A stretch of 64,000 nt of DNA, from assembly GCA_964483295.1 (NCBI GenBank), contig CAZAAD010000001.1, forward strand, positions 27,875 through 91,874, in the 5' to 3' direction. A model generated the notes under the pieces. It searched no databases, was not told the origin of the DNA, and saw only the letters and a list, made by a program, of their open reading frames with translations. A program made the translations under genes and the position numbers. Positions 9,219 through 18,602 of the stretch are shown here, in pieces (the first letter of the stretch is position 1; each line of letters opens with the position of its first letter). This DNA comes from an uncultured Gammaproteobacteria bacterium. GTDB taxonomy: Bacteria; Patescibacteriota; Patescibacteriia; Patescibacteriales; UBA12465.

Positions 9219-9888
9219 AATCAAATAGCGTGATAAAAACATCTTTATTAGGCGGCTCCGGCAAATGGCTAACACTATTAATGTAGACAATCTTAATATA
9301 ACCCTGATTATCAATAATAATCTTACTAATAGATGACTGGAATATTTCTAAAGATAAAAAACCAATAATATCAGCATTTAAAATGCCAGTTAATAGTGCT
9401 TTAATAAAATTACCATGTCCAAAAATCGCCACCTTCTTACCTTTGCACTGACGAAAAATTTCCGCTGTCGCCCGTCTCGCCAAAACCTGCATTTTATCTA
9501 ATTCCTTATCTAACACTCGATGACTAACCAGGCGCTTCTCTCTTTCCTTTTCCGTCATGTTAAAATATTTCATCTTATACCAATGAATCCAATTAAACTC
9601 ATTAAGCCGGGGATTAATAATAATTTCTTTTTTTACTTTCTTGGCAAAAATAGCGGCCGTCTCTTGTGCGCGCCGCAGCTCACTAGCATAAATAATATTA
9701 ACCTTAGCCTTCAATAAGCGCTTAGTTAAATAATCGCGCTGTTTCAAACCTTGATTAGATAAAGGCATATCCCTGTCGCCAAACTTTTTTTCTAACCGGT
9801 AATTAGGATGACAATGGCGTATTAACAGTACTTCAGTATACGGCCCCTTAGTTTTGGGCTGTATTTTGGCGTAAGGATTTTTATACAT
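9205..9888 (-). CDS. Histidine phosphatase family protein (phosphoglycerate mutase-like, branch 1)
   Basis: LLIRHCHPNY (the RHG-type catalytic His motif) near the N-terminus, then ...ETAAI..., then a second His in ...IFGHGNFIKAL... Confidence 0.65.
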   Translation of the reverse strand: MYKNPYAKIQPKTKGPYTEVLLIRHCHPNYRLEKKFGDRDMPLSNQGLKQRDYLTKRLLKAKVNIIYASELRRAQETAAIFAKKVKKEIIINPRLNEFNWIHWYKMKYFNMTEKEREKRLVSHRVLDKELDKMQVLARRATAEIFRQCKGKKVAIFGHGNFIKALLTGILNADIIGFLSLEIFQSSISKIIIDNQGYIKIVYINSVSHLPEPPNKDVFITLFDYEKK

Positions 9889-9889
9889 A

Positions 9890-10483
9890 CTATTCTTGTA
9901 ATAATGATTCTGCGTAGCTCCAGTTAAATAAGTTCAGGCAAGCGGAAACAAAATCAGCGCGGCGATTTTGATAATCAAGATAATAAGCATGCTCCCAAAC
10001 ATCAACTGTTAATAATGGCTTAACCCCTAGCGTCAAAGGGTTGTCGGCATTAGCTGTTTTAATAATTTCTAAACCATTACTGCCCAAAACCAACCAAGTC
10101 CAGCCACTACCAAACTGAGTTAGAGCAATAGCCTTAAACTTTTCCTTAAATTCCTCTAAAGAACCGAAGGCAGCGTCAATCATCGCCTTCAGATGTTCGC
10201 TTAACTCATGATTAGACGGATTAGCCGTTAGGCTCTGCCAAAAAAAATCATGATTATAAACCTGGGCCGCATTATTAAAAATAGCAATTTTTGCAGAATC
10301 ACCATGGACATTCTTAATAATTTCGCTAAGTGTAAGATTTTCTAAATCGGTACCGGCTATAAGCTTATTAAGATTGTCAACATAGGTCTGATGATGCTTA
10401 CCGTAATGGAATTCTAAAGTACGAGCGGAGATATGTGGCTCAAGAGCGCTAAGCGCAAATGGCAAAGGCTTAAGTTCAAACAT
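9890..10483 (-). CDS. sodB: Superoxide dismutase, Fe/Mn family (Fe-type signature)
   Basis: FELKPLPFALSALEPHISARTLEFHYGKHHQTYV, AAQVYNHDFFW, FGSGWTWLV and DVWEHAYYLDYQNRR are all canonical Fe/Mn-SOD blocks. AAQVxNH-FFW favours the Fe type. Confidence 0.9.
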   Translation of the reverse strand: MFELKPLPFALSALEPHISARTLEFHYGKHHQTYVDNLNKLIAGTDLENLTLSEIIKNVHGDSAKIAIFNNAAQVYNHDFFWQSLTANPSNHELSEHLKAMIDAAFGSLEEFKEKFKAIALTQFGSGWTWLVLGSNGLEIIKTANADNPLTLGVKPLLTVDVWEHAYYLDYQNRRADFVSACLNLFNWSYAESLLQE

Positions 10484-10560
10484 ATGTTTATAAATTAATT
10501 AATTAATAATGGGAACTATCTTATGATTATAACAAAAAAACTGGCTCTAAGCCAGATTTT

Positions 10561-10950
10561 TTATTGCAGCTTCAAAGCTTTAAGCCGACGTCTTCTTGCA
10601 CGATAATCAGGGACAGCTTGCGCTACTAACGACCAAAAAGCGGCTGAATGATTAAATTCCAGCAAATGACAAACTTCATGCACAATTACATAATCTGCTA
10701 AATCTGAATCAATCAAGGCTAGGCGATAATTGAAGTTTAGATTCCCTGCCTTAGAACAACTACCCCAACGCGTTCCTTGATTCCTAATACTAATACGCCC
10801 GACTTTGACATTATAAAATTTACTAAATTCTTCCAGGCGAGCATGGACTAATCTCCTGGCTTCCGGAGCATGCTCTTGATATCTTAATTTAGAGGCCTGG
10901 GTAATCCGGCGCCTTTTAGGCCGAGACCAGATTATTATCCGTTTAAACAT
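10561..10950 (-). CDS. YgjP-like (DUF45) M48-family zinc metallohydrolase
   Basis: The C-terminal HEVCHLLEFNHSAAFWSLV carries the HExxH zinc-binding motif typical of the YgjP/DUF45 family. The start is taken at MFKRII; the longer track ORF overlaps rlmN. Confidence 0.65.
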   Translation of the reverse strand: MFKRIIIWSRPKRRRITQASKLRYQEHAPEARRLVHARLEEFSKFYNVKVGRISIRNQGTRWGSCSKAGNLNFNYRLALIDSDLADYVIVHEVCHLLEFNHSAAFWSLVAQAVPDYRARRRRLKALKLQ

Positions 10951-11962
10951 GGCGGCGGCGCAACTGCCCACAAGCAGCCGAGATATCCGAGCCAAAGCTT
11001 AATCTAACGGTCACTGGAACACCCCTTCTCTCTAAGGCTTTGCGAAAATCTTCAATGGTTTCCCGAGAAGATGCTTGAAAACGTCCAGTTTCATTGTAAG
11101 GAATCAAATTTAACAAATAAAGCGGCTTATTCATTAAACCAGCTAAAATTTCCGCATCGTTTTCCGAGTCATTAACCCCTTTTATCATCAGATATTCAAA
11201 CATCACACGACGACCGGTTTTCCGGATATAGGCATCAACTGCTTTTAATAATTCCGCTAACGTCTGTTTTTCAGCAATGGGCATTAAGCGGCGACGGACA
11301 ACATCATTAGTAGCATGCAAAGAAATTGCTAAGTTAACCTGTAACTTCTCGCCGGCCAAACGTTTAATCCCTTCCAGAACTCCAGCCGTAGAAACCGAGA
11401 GACGACGGGCACCAATATTCATCGTTTCCGGATCATTAATAAACTTAACCGCCTTAATAAATTCTTGATAGTTTAAAAATGGTTCCCCCATGCCCATAAA
11501 AACAACATTATCAATCTTTTCCTCTTTACCCTGCGCCTTAAGAAAACGCTGCCAAAAAATTAGTTGTTCAACTATTTCCTCAGCGGCTAAATTACGTTTA
11601 AAACCAGATTCTCCGGTCGCACAAAAAGCGCAGTTGAGTGGGCAACCTACTTGGCTGGAAACACAAACCGTATGACGGACTTCCTTATCTTTTCCTTTTT
11701 GACGAATTAATACCGTTTCCACAATTTCACCGTCCTCTAAAGAAATAAGTGCCTTCTGACTGCCGCCATGATTATCTGAAGATAATACTTGAGACTTTAT
11801 TTCCAAGGGACAAGCAATTGCTAATTCCTCTCGTAAGGCTTTAGGTAAACTAGAAGCTTCATCCCAGGAAGAAATATAATCTTGATACAAAAAACGCTCA
11901 ACCTGCTTAAAGCGATAGCTCGGTTGCTTGGCGAGAACGCTAGATAACTTTTTTAAATTCAT
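10943..11962 (-). CDS. rlmN: 23S rRNA (adenine2503-C2)-methyltransferase RlmN (radical SAM)
   Basis: CVSSQVGCPLNCAFCATG radical-SAM CxxxCxxC cluster, ...GMGEP..., and the C-terminal ...SDISAACGQL... Confidence 0.9.
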   Translation of the reverse strand: MNLKKLSSVLAKQPSYRFKQVERFLYQDYISSWDEASSLPKALREELAIACPLEIKSQVLSSDNHGGSQKALISLEDGEIVETVLIRQKGKDKEVRHTVCVSSQVGCPLNCAFCATGESGFKRNLAAEEIVEQLIFWQRFLKAQGKEEKIDNVVFMGMGEPFLNYQEFIKAVKFINDPETMNIGARRLSVSTAGVLEGIKRLAGEKLQVNLAISLHATNDVVRRRLMPIAEKQTLAELLKAVDAYIRKTGRRVMFEYLMIKGVNDSENDAEILAGLMNKPLYLLNLIPYNETGRFQASSRETIEDFRKALERRGVPVTVRLSFGSDISAACGQLRRRHV

Positions 11963-11978
11963 TTCCGTAATAATTTAA

Positions 11979-13088
11979 TTATAAAGCGAGCAGCTTAATC
12001 TTAACAATTTCACTGCGGCTCGAAGTGCGCAGCGGCGGTCCCCAGGTACCTAATCCACCATTAACTATTAAAGAAAAAGTGTCTTGTTGATATAAACCAT
12101 AGACATTTCCTTGATAGGCGAGACTGGCTAAAAAATTAAAAGGAAAAAGCTGACCGCGATGCGTATGACCAGAAAGCTGTAAATCAATACCTGCTTTAGC
12201 GGCTAACTCCGTATTTTTAGGCTCATGAAACAACAATAAACTAGGATGCCGGTCATTATAACCAACTTGTTCTAAAATAGTTTCATAAAGATCAAAGTCT
12301 TTATTAAAAGAATAATTAATGCCGATTATTTGTAGTCCATCAACTAATTCCATTTTATTATCAAGCACCGTCACTGGATTATCTTTCAATAATTCTTGAA
12401 CGCGATTAAAGCCAAGATAAAGATCGTGGTTGCCGAAAGAATAATAGATTCCTCTCGGAGCGCGTAATTTAGCAAAAGGTGTATTCATCCAAGAAAAATC
12501 AGACTCCATCCCATCAAACAGATCACCGGTAATAAAAACTGCCTCTGGCTTTAACTCGTTCACCTTGTCCATTATTCTAGCAAAATAGCGCTTGCGATAA
12601 ACCGGACCAAGATGGACATCGGAAATTTGCACGATTTCCTTTCCCTGCCAAGCTGAGGGCAAATCTTTAATTCTTACTTCGTATTCCTTAACTCTCGGAA
12701 AAAAAGCGCCAAACAAGCCATAGGCCGTCAAAGCGACTGTCAAAAAAATAGTTAAACTAGCAATTTGCCAATCCAGCAAAGGATAACCGGTCTTAATTAA
12801 AACATACTTAAGGATAAAAATAAACGCCGCTACTAACAAAAAATTAACCAAAACACCGATGCCAACGCCGGCAAGCATGTAATACCAGCGAGTTACCAAA
12901 TTATCAATTTTATGAATTAACAAAGAAGAGATGATGGCGCTCGCAAAAAGAGCAATCATCGCACTAGCCACAATAATTTTTGCCGTTACTGAAGTTAAAG
13001 CGAAAAGCTTAATCGCTGCCAAGCCCATTAAAAAATGGCCGAACAGTAGAACTAAAGCTGAGACCGCAAAAAATATTAATTGCATCAT
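11979..13088 (-). CDS. Membrane-anchored metallophosphoesterase (calcineurin-like phosphoesterase with N-terminal multi-TM region)
   Basis: Four or five N-terminal TM helices, then ISDVHLGP...ITGDLFDG...GNHD...GHTHRG, the MPP metal-binding motifs. Confidence 0.7.
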   Translation of the reverse strand: MMQLIFFAVSALVLLFGHFLMGLAAIKLFALTSVTAKIIVASAMIALFASAIISSLLIHKIDNLVTRWYYMLAGVGIGVLVNFLLVAAFIFILKYVLIKTGYPLLDWQIASLTIFLTVALTAYGLFGAFFPRVKEYEVRIKDLPSAWQGKEIVQISDVHLGPVYRKRYFARIMDKVNELKPEAVFITGDLFDGMESDFSWMNTPFAKLRAPRGIYYSFGNHDLYLGFNRVQELLKDNPVTVLDNKMELVDGLQIIGINYSFNKDFDLYETILEQVGYNDRHPSLLLFHEPKNTELAAKAGIDLQLSGHTHRGQLFPFNFLASLAYQGNVYGLYQQDTFSLIVNGGLGTWGPPLRTSSRSEIVKIKLLAL

Positions 13089-14371
13089 ATATTAAAAGGA
13101 AATTTAGAAAATATTGCTTTATCTCCTAATTCAAAAGCTATTTCCATTAAACGATTATATTTAGCTGTTCGTTCTGATCGGGCAGGTGCACCAGTTTTTA
13201 TTTGACCAGTTCCCATCGCTACCGCCAAATCAGCGATAAAAGCATCTTCCGTTTCGCCGCTCCGATGAGAAATAACAGAAGATAAGCCGTGGTGACGAGC
13301 TAGTAAAATAGCTTCAACCGTTTCCGTCAAAGTGCCAATTTGGTTAAGTTTAATCAGGATTGAATTGCTAGCCTGTTCAGTAATACCTTGCTGTAAGCGC
13401 GCAACATTAGTCACATAAAGATCGTCACCCACCACTTGCACGGCGCCTTTATTTTTTAACATGAAATTCTTAAAACCATTCCAATCATCCTCAGCAAAGA
13501 TATCCTCTAAAGAATGGATAGGAAATTCGGCTTGCAGACCAGCGTAAAATTCGGCCAGTTGCGTGCTATCAACTTCCCGACCTTCTTTATTTAAATGATA
13601 TTTTCCATCTTGATAAAACTCAGTGGCTGCGGCATCAATACCAAAAATAATATCAGTGCCTAAATTATAGCCAGCCGCCGTTACCGCCTTGGCCATTAAT
13701 TCAAAAGCTTCACGATTACTTTTGACCGCTGGAGCAAAGCCACCCTCATCACCAACAGCGATTCCGTAACCAGCTGACTTTAGAGTTTTCTTAAGAGACT
13801 GATAAATTTCCGCACACATTCTCACCGCCGTAGCCATATCCTTAGCGCCAACCGGTAAAATCATATATTCCTGAATGTCAGTCGCCCAATCAGCGTGTTT
13901 ACCGCCATTTAAAATGTTCATCATCGGCAGAGGCAAATAATAGGAACCATTAAAATCAGGATTCAACTTGGCGAGGTATTGATATAAAGGAATATTTAAA
14001 CCCGCTGCTGCTGCGCGCGCGCAAGCCAAAGAAACTGCTAAAATAGCATTGGCGCCTAATTTAGCTTTATTATCAGTGCCATCAAGATTAAGCATTAACC
14101 TATCTAAACCAGCTTGATCTTCTGGATTAAAACCAATAAGCGCCGGGGCGATAATATTCTCAATATTTGCTAGCGCCTGTAAAACACCGGCTCCACCATA
14201 ACGTGATTTATCACCATCGCGTAATTCCACTGCCTCATAACTGCCAGTTGAAGCACCACTAGGCACAAGCGCCTGTCCACTAGCGCCATTATCAAGGACC
14301 ACCTTCGCAGCCACTGTCGGATTTCCTCTTGAGTCTAAAACTTCACGAGCAATAATAGAGATTATTTTCAT
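13085..14371 (-). CDS. eno: Enolase (phosphopyruvate hydratase)
   Basis: [24 protein letters not shown]... and ...[18 protein letters not shown]... are the canonical enolase blocks. The start is at MKIIS; the upstream extension in the track overlaps pyk. Confidence 0.9.
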   Translation of the reverse strand: MKIISIIAREVLDSRGNPTVAAKVVLDNGASGQALVPSGASTGSYEAVELRDGDKSRYGGAGVLQALANIENIIAPALIGFNPEDQAGLDRLMLNLDGTDNKAKLGANAILAVSLACARAAAAGLNIPLYQYLAKLNPDFNGSYYLPLPMMNILNGGKHADWATDIQEYMILPVGAKDMATAVRMCAEIYQSLKKTLKSAGYGIAVGDEGGFAPAVKSNREAFELMAKAVTAAGYNLGTDIIFGIDAAATEFYQDGKYHLNKEGREVDSTQLAEFYAGLQAEFPIHSLEDIFAEDDWNGFKNFMLKNKGAVQVVGDDLYVTNVARLQQGITEQASNSILIKLNQIGTLTETVEAILLARHHGLSSVISHRSGETEDAFIADLAVAMGTGQIKTGAPARSERTAKYNRLMEIAFELGDKAIFSKFPFNI

Positions 14372-14396
14372 AAACTTAAATAATAATAAAAATAGA

Positions 14397-15422
14397 CTAG
14401 ATAGCCAGACAAGCTTTAGTAATGTAGCGCTCAGTCCTATCAATTACTTTTTTTAACATTCTAACAGCGGCTAAGGCATGGTCACCAACAGCTGTTTCAT
14501 CAGACAACATAACTACGTCACCACCATCCATTACGGCATTAGCGATATCGCTTACCTCGGCTCTGGTTGGACTAGGATTTTTAATCATTGAGGTCATAAC
14601 TTGTGTGGCGATAATTGTCGGCGTCTTGTGCCAATGTGCATGTCTAATCAAATTCTTCTGCACAATTGGCAATTCCTCAATCGGGGTTTCAATGCCTAAA
14701 TCACCACGAGCAATCATAATTACATCAGACACAACAATAATTCTATCAATATTTTTTAAAGCAATCCCTCGCTCAATTTTAGAAACAACTTTAACGTTTG
14801 ATTTTTTCCCTAACAACTTCTTTAACTTAATAACATCTGTAGCAGTTTGTACAAAAGAAAGACCGACATATTCCATGCCCGCTTTTAAACCAAACTTAAC
14901 ATCCTTAATATCTTTAGGGGTTAAACCGCCCTTGCGCATATTAGTATCAGGCACATTAATTCCTTTATTAGACGTAAGCACACCGCCATGAATAACTTCA
15001 GCGGTAATCATCTTCCCTTTTACCTGCTTCACCGTTAGAGCAATTTCGCCGTTGCACAAAAATAAAGGTTGGCTCTTTTTAATATCTTTATACAATTCAG
15101 AACTATCAATTGGAATTGGGCCGCCAACTTTATAAGGTAATTTGGAATAAATAAAATTATAAACTTCGCCATCCTGCATAATAATTCCTTCAGCCGGCAT
15201 CTTGCCGACACGAATACGAGGACCCTGCAAATCAAGCAGCATAGCTACTTGGCGATTTTCCTGTTTATTAAAATCGGCGATTGTTTTTCTGATTTTTTTA
15301 TACTGTTCCTGGCTAGCATGCGAAAAGTTAACTCGCACAATGTCTACCCCTGCTTTAAGCAAACTGACAAGCATTTCTGAATTTTCACTTTTTGGTCCAA
15401 TAGTGGCAATAATTTTGGTCAT
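14397..15422 (-). CDS. pyk: Pyruvate kinase, short form (341 aa; catalytic barrel + B domain, no C-terminal allosteric domain)
   Basis: [36 protein letters not shown]..., ...IISKIE...(VSKIERG) and ...[10 protein letters not shown]... are diagnostic PK motifs. Confidence 0.85.
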   Translation of the reverse strand: MTKIIATIGPKSENSEMLVSLLKAGVDIVRVNFSHASQEQYKKIRKTIADFNKQENRQVAMLLDLQGPRIRVGKMPAEGIIMQDGEVYNFIYSKLPYKVGGPIPIDSSELYKDIKKSQPLFLCNGEIALTVKQVKGKMITAEVIHGGVLTSNKGINVPDTNMRKGGLTPKDIKDVKFGLKAGMEYVGLSFVQTATDVIKLKKLLGKKSNVKVVSKIERGIALKNIDRIIVVSDVIMIARGDLGIETPIEELPIVQKNLIRHAHWHKTPTIIATQVMTSMIKNPSPTRAEVSDIANAVMDGGDVVMLSDETAVGDHALAAVRMLKKVIDRTERYITKACLAI

Positions 15423-15487
15423 AGTAAATGTAATATAAAGTCGCCAATAAATTTCGCGACGAAAGTAGTATAAAGCAATTAAAGCTT

Positions 15488-16591
15488 TTAATCAAGGTTT
15501 TTTAATAATTTTTGGTAGAATTCCAGGTTATTTAAACTAGCTAAGCGTTGCCCCAGAGATTCATTAAGGCGAAACAAATGGTGCAAATAGGCTCGAGAAT
15601 GCGATTTTACGTCCAAAATATCGCTATTTTTATTAATTGACTTAAAATCTCTAATAAATTTAGCATTAGCTATATTGATAGTTTCGTAACTTGGTAGCTT
15701 TTTAGCCAAAAACAACTTGCCATGGCGACCTTCTCTAGTAGGAATAACACAATCAAACATATCCCAGCCTAAACGAGCACAGCGTTTAATATCTTCTGGA
15801 GTGCCAATGCCTAAGGCAAACCGCAAGGCATCATCAGGTATAAAACTAGCCGTTTTTTCAAGAACCTCTTCTAAAAAATTACCATCTTTATCAACCGGAC
15901 GAGCACCGAAACCGTAACCATCAAAACCAATTTCTACTAACGCTTGCGCACACTGGGCGCGCAAATCAAGCTCCGCCCCACCTTGAATAACACTAAAAAG
16001 AAGCGGGCGCTTAACACCGGATAAACGACGCTTTTTAATTTGACGTAGGTATTCAACTTTACAGCGCTTTGCCCACGCGATTGTTCTAGTAACGGCTTTT
16101 TCTAAATCAACGCGCGAAAAATCATTAGGAGGACAATCATCCAAGCAAACCATCATATCCACTCCTAAATCAAATTGTATTTGGATGGACTTTTCTGGAG
16201 TTAAGTCATGCCAAGAGCCATCAAGCGGCGATTTAAAAGTGACTTTCTCATCACTAATGCGCCCCATTTGTTTACTCTTATGAATTAAAGAAAAAACTTG
16301 AAAACCACCAGAATCTGATAATATCGGCCCCGACCAGCCAGAAAACTCATGAATCCCGCCGGCTTTTTTAATCGTTTCCAGGCCAGGCTGTAAATAAAGA
16401 TGAAAGGTGTTAACGACCAAAGCCTTGGTACCAGTTTTTTTAACATCCGCTGGCGAGGCAAGCTTAATAAAGCCACGAGTAGCGTCCGGCATGAAAAACG
16501 GCGTTTCTAAAACACCATGAGCAGTTCGTAATTTACCGTGACGGACACCACGCCGACTCGTATTAATTAATTTAAATAGTTTATCATTCAT
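15488..16591 (-). CDS. tgt: Queuine tRNA-ribosyltransferase
   Basis: ...GVRHGKLRTAHGVLETPFFMPDAT..., DSGGFQ, and C-terminal Zn-site Cys/His residues. Confidence 0.9.
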   Translation of the reverse strand: MNDKLFKLINTSRRGVRHGKLRTAHGVLETPFFMPDATRGFIKLASPADVKKTGTKALVVNTFHLYLQPGLETIKKAGGIHEFSGWSGPILSDSGGFQVFSLIHKSKQMGRISDEKVTFKSPLDGSWHDLTPEKSIQIQFDLGVDMMVCLDDCPPNDFSRVDLEKAVTRTIAWAKRCKVEYLRQIKKRRLSGVKRPLLFSVIQGGAELDLRAQCAQALVEIGFDGYGFGARPVDKDGNFLEEVLEKTASFIPDDALRFALGIGTPEDIKRCARLGWDMFDCVIPTREGRHGKLFLAKKLPSYETINIANAKFIRDFKSINKNSDILDVKSHSRAYLHHLFRLNESLGQRLASLNNLEFYQKLLKNLD

Positions 16592-16596
16592 ACGAC

Positions 16597-18570
16597 TTAT
16601 TCAATGCGGCCGGAATTATTTAAGCTAGCAATATCATCATCTTCAAGCTTGGTCGTCTTAGGTTCTGACTTAGCGTTAATAATCGCCTGTGTTTCATTAT
16701 CAGTGGCCGACACTGAGGCACCGGGAGATAAAACTAAAATTTTATTTAAGTCATTTTCTGATGGTGTAAGAGAAATAGAAAAAGCAGCATCGACTTGATA
16801 GACAGAAACTGGCAAGCGACCAATATTCCAAATGACGGCGTGACGATTGCTATCATAGAATAATTCACCGACAGTCTTCTGTTCATTACCTGACCAAGAA
16901 ACATATCTAGGCAAATTAAGAACTACTTCCGTCTGACTTAACTCATGAATATTATTTTTAACCGTCCAATAAACTCGGAAATTACTAGTTTCATTAACTT
17001 TAGGCGGTAAAGGACCAGAGCCAACCGGTGCATTATCATCGTCAAAGTATCTAATTTTTTCAACGAGTGACAAGTCGCTATTTAATTTACTAACAATATT
17101 ATTACTGCGGTTACCTTCAGTAGTTGCTTCTTGTCCACCAGCGCCATATTGAGCATAACTGGAAACCTCTAAAGATCGCTCAAAATATTCATCACTATAA
17201 TTCCTCAAGTCTATAGAAAAATTTATTTCCCCTTCGTCTCCCGGTTTTAGCTCAGCTAAAGCTGGGATTGCTTGTTTATTCCAAACAATCATTTTATTAT
17301 TTCTATTCTCCCCCACGATGCCCATTTGCAAAGTGCTCCAATCAAACAGAAAGCCATCCAAAACAGCCATTAAAACAACGTCCTTTAAAGTATTAATGCC
17401 TTTATTGCTGTAATTTAAAGTATAATTTAAAGTACTACCAAAACTAGCGGGCTGACTATTTTTTGAACCGCTTAAAAAAAGCGAAAGATTAAGATCACTT
17501 TTAACAATTTCCGGCGTGATAATTTTTTCAAAAAAGGTGTACGCCTGTCCATCAGGTAAACGCTTTTCTAAGCGGATGGTTATTTCGGAAGATTGCACAC
17601 CATCTTTAATTTGGTAAAGAAAATCAAATTTGCTCGCTGGCACACCAGCCGCTAAACCTGAGATTAACCAAGTGTTGAAACCGTCGGGAGTAATAAGTAA
17701 CGTGCTTGATGCTAAATCTTTTTCTTCAGATAGTTTAATTGTCACCTGCTCGGGAGCAATAAAGCGTAAAATAAAATCATTGAGTTTATTATCCTCAACA
17801 TCAAAAAAGGAAATACTAATTTCATTATCCTGATTGATAAACGCTAAATCAGAAGTTTCAATGGCTGTTTGAAAACCAGCACCCTTAACTGAAATTGCCC
17901 GGGAAGATTCTTTTTTAAATTCACTAGAAAAATTTACCGGCACATAACTCAAGCGCGCTGATACCGCCTGAACGGTCCCCTGAGGCGCAATAATTTGGCC
18001 CTTAACTTCCAAAACACCACGAGCACCAGCCGGCAGACCCTCTAAAGAAAAACTATTTGTCCCACTAACCGGCGCCGGCACCGCGCTAGAAAAAATAAAA
18101 TTTTCTGGATATTTTACTTCGAGACGAACTTTAGAAATTGAAAATTTAGTAGGATTAAAATACTGAATTTGATAAGTAAACTCTTCGCCTGCTAAAACTT
18201 GCTCCGGAGCACTAATAGATAATTTAACAGCTGCCATGTCATTTTCTCCAGAAAAAAATTGCAAATAAGTAAAATAAGCAGCTAACAAAATAATAGTTAA
18301 CCAAAAAAGACGCTTAAACACTCTCACAATAATATTACCTCCCTGCTGTTTACGCATCCGACTAACATCAACCAGTCCACCTTTTTTGTCTTGATATATC
18401 TCTTTAAGATTAGAGTCAATCTCTTTGTGTCGCAGTTCTCTGTCAACCACTCGCTCAAAGCTATCAACTTCTTTTTCTGTTGGCACAGGACGCTCCACAA
18501 AAGCCGATAAACCAGAATTTTTCTCTTTATCAACATGAATCATTTTTTTAATTTTTCTCACTTCTCTCAT
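16597..18570 (-). CDS. Hypothetical type-II membrane protein with a large extracellular region (657 aa)
   Basis: The N-terminus is basic, with a single TM (LFWLTIILLAAYFTYLQFF), followed by ~550 aa of beta-rich sequence. No catalytic motif recognised. It is co-oriented and adjacent to the DUF4012-like protein. Confidence 0.55.
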   Translation of the reverse strand: MREVRKIKKMIHVDKEKNSGLSAFVERPVPTEKEVDSFERVVDRELRHKEIDSNLKEIYQDKKGGLVDVSRMRKQQGGNIIVRVFKRLFWLTIILLAAYFTYLQFFSGENDMAAVKLSISAPEQVLAGEEFTYQIQYFNPTKFSISKVRLEVKYPENFIFSSAVPAPVSGTNSFSLEGLPAGARGVLEVKGQIIAPQGTVQAVSARLSYVPVNFSSEFKKESSRAISVKGAGFQTAIETSDLAFINQDNEISISFFDVEDNKLNDFILRFIAPEQVTIKLSEEKDLASSTLLITPDGFNTWLISGLAAGVPASKFDFLYQIKDGVQSSEITIRLEKRLPDGQAYTFFEKIITPEIVKSDLNLSLFLSGSKNSQPASFGSTLNYTLNYSNKGINTLKDVVLMAVLDGFLFDWSTLQMGIVGENRNNKMIVWNKQAIPALAELKPGDEGEINFSIDLRNYSDEYFERSLEVSSYAQYGAGGQEATTEGNRSNNIVSKLNSDLSLVEKIRYFDDDNAPVGSGPLPPKVNETSNFRVYWTVKNNIHELSQTEVVLNLPRYVSWSGNEQKTVGELFYDSNRHAVIWNIGRLPVSVYQVDAAFSISLTPSENDLNKILVLSPGASVSATDNETQAIINAKSEPKTTKLEDDDIASLNNSGRIE

Positions 18571-18602
18571 ATAAGTTGCTTAACTATATTATCGACTAAC
18601 AA

